From Vulcanimicrobiota bacterium (GTDB taxonomy: Bacteria > Vulcanimicrobiota > Vulcanimicrobiia > Vulcanimicrobiales > Vulcanimicrobiaceae), in NCBI GenBank assembly GCA_963786105.1, contig CAWAXX010000018.1:1-64000 (forward strand): a stretch of DNA of 64,000 nucleotides, written 5' to 3'. A program made the position numbers and the translations under genes. This document shows, piece after piece, positions 62,441 through 64,000 of this stretch. The notes under the pieces were generated by a model that saw only the letters and a program-made list of their open reading frames with translations, ran no database searches and was not told the DNA's origin. Position 1 is the stretch's first letter, and each line of letters starts with the position of its first letter.

Positions 62441-63170
62441 GCGCTGCAGCCGTCTCGGCTAAAACACCGCTCTGCAGCTCGAACAGCTTTTGTATTCCGC
62501 TCGCCGCCAGACCCAAGAGCGAGTCGAGGTCGCGACGATCGAACGGTGCCGCTTCGGCCGTTCCCTGCAGTTCGACAAAACGGCCCGCGTCGGTCATGAA
62601 GACGTTCATGTCGACGTGCGCGCGGCTGTCTTCGTCGTAGGCGAGATCGAGAATCGCGTGCCCGTCGACGATGCCGACACTGGTAGCTGCCACCGCTCCC
62701 GTGAGGGGCCAGCGCGCGCGATCGCTCTCGTCGAAAAGCGTGCGCAGCGCGAGCGCTAGCGCAACGTACGCACCCGTTACGGCCGCGGTTCGCGTACCGC
62801 CGTCGGCCTGCAACACGTCGCAATCGATCCACAGCGTGCGTTCTCCCAGTTTCGCCGTGTCGGTTACCGCTCGCAGCGCGCGACCGATGATGCGCTGGAT
62901 CTCGTGCGTTCGTCCGCCCAGGCGCCCCTTGGTGGCCTCTCGCTGCGTGCGATCCTGGGTGGCGCGAGGGAGCATGGCGTACTCGGCCGTCACCCATCCT
63001 AGGCCACGGCCTTTCATCCAGGGCGGCACTCGATCTTCCACGGTCGCCGCGCACAGCACGCGGGTATTCCCAACGCTTATAAGCACGCTGCCTTCGGCGT
63101 ATTTCAAGAACCCGGGCTCGATTTTCACCGTCCGAAGCTCGTCCGGCCGCCGCCCGTCGCTGCGAATCAT
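62430..63170 (-). CDS. rph: Ribonuclease PH
   Basis: [38 protein letters not shown]. Confidence 0.97.
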   Translation of the reverse strand: MIRSDGRRPDELRTVKIEPGFLKYAEGSVLISVGNTRVLCAATVEDRVPPWMKGRGLGWVTAEYAMLPRATQDRTQREATKGRLGGRTHEIQRIIGRALRAVTDTAKLGERTLWIDCDVLQADGGTRTAAVTGAYVALALALRTLFDESDRARWPLTGAVAATSVGIVDGHAILDLAYDEDSRAHVDMNVFMTDAGRFVELQGTAEAAPFDRRDLDSLLGLAASGIQKLFELQSGVLAETAAAHAD

Positions 63171-63256
63171 ATCGCAGCGCAGTTATTGCCGCGCCGTCAC
63201 GATTCCTATTCCGAGCGCGACGACTCGTCTTCGACGTAACGGTCGATGAGGCGTCC

Positions 63257-64000
63257 CTACTCTACCGTGACGGTTTTGGCGAGATTTCGTGGTTGGTCGA
63301 CGTCTTTGCCTTCGATATCCGCAATGTGGTAGGCCAGGAGCTGCAACGGTATGACGTTGACGATCGGCGAGAGCAACTCGTCGACCTTGGGCACCCAAAA
63401 GACGCGATCGGCGACCACTTTGGCTTCCTCGTCGCCGTGATTGGCGACGACGAATATCGGCGCTTCGCGCGCCTTCGACTCCATGAGGTTTGAGAGCATC
63501 TTCTCGCGGACGCGGTCGTCGGTCATAATGCCGATGACCGGCACGCTCGAATCGAGCAGCGCGATGGGACCGTGCTTCATTTCACCGGCCGGATAGCCCT
63601 CGGCATGGATATAGGAAATCTCCTTGAGCTTGAGGGCGCCCTCGAGGGCGGTTGGAAAGTTCACATAACGCCCGAGGAAGAGAATGCTGTTCGACTTGCG
63701 GATGCTTCGGGCAGCCTTGCGAATCTCGTCGGACGTATCGAGCACGACATCGACTGCCGCCGGCAGGAGTTTCGTGCCGTCGGCGATTTCGCGCAGGCGG
63801 CGAGCGTCGGCAGTACCGCGCAGCTTCGCCATATACAGTGCGAACAGCGTCATCACCGTTACCTGCGAAACGTAGGTCTTGGTGGCCGCCACGCCGATTT
63901 CGGGACCTCCGCGCGTATATAGCGTCCCGTCGGCCAGGCGGCTGAGATGGGAGCCCAGTACGTTGCACATGCCGAGTATCGCGCTGCCCTTTTGCTTGGC
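63257..64000 (-). CDS. glmS: Glutamine-fructose-6-phosphate aminotransferase, C-terminal part
   Basis: GPEIGVAATK, EGALKLKEISY, GEMKHGP, DQPRNLAKTVTVE. Confidence 0.96.
   Translation of the reverse strand, partial: AKQKGSAILGMCNVLGSHLSRLADGTLYTRGGPEIGVAATKTYVSQVTVMTLFALYMAKLRGTADARRLREIADGTKLLPAAVDVVLDTSDEIRKAARSIRKSNSILFLGRYVNFPTALEGALKLKEISYIHAEGYPAGEMKHGPIALLDSSVPVIGIMTDDRVREKMLSNLMESKAREAPIFVVANHGDEEAKVVADRVFWVPKVDELLSPIVNVIPLQLLAYHIADIEGKDVDQPRNLAKTVTVE

Overview
High-GC bacterial chromosomal window, mostly core genome. Gene content suggests a diderm member of the Terrabacteria (TonB-dependent receptor and MlaDEF together with cdaA-cdaR-glmM, a c-di-AMP riboswitch and a SigB/F-type sigma). 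Candidatus Eremiobacterota/WPS-2 is my tentative guess, not verified. It opens with an rRNA operon: partial 16S, tRNA-free ITS, 23S carrying a ~185-nt hairpin insertion, then 5S. It continues with pckA, an anchor-less SdhAB + CCG-subunit succinate dehydrogenase, dnaE, ftsQ/ftsA/ftsZ/thyX, aroC-aroK-aroB(internal TAG)-priA, rpsT, rsgA, cdaA-cdaR-glmM followed by a c-di-AMP riboswitch and NlpC/P60 gene, tRNA-Gln, mdh, a frameshifted TonB-dependent receptor, a Xer-type recombinase, a vanadium haloperoxidase, panE, mlaDFE, rph and partial glmS. The most notable unannotated signals are: (1) a 28-bp dif-like 11-6-11 site directly upstream of the Xer recombinase; (2) tandem NrdR-like boxes plus DnaA-like boxes upstream of ftsA-ftsZ-thyX; (3) the 23S intervening sequence; (4) likely non-canonical ATT/ATA starts for pckA and priA; (5) a YtrA-type regulator with two unannotated small ORFs. 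No CRISPR array, IS transposase or prophage was seen. All calls are by eye; no searches were run.
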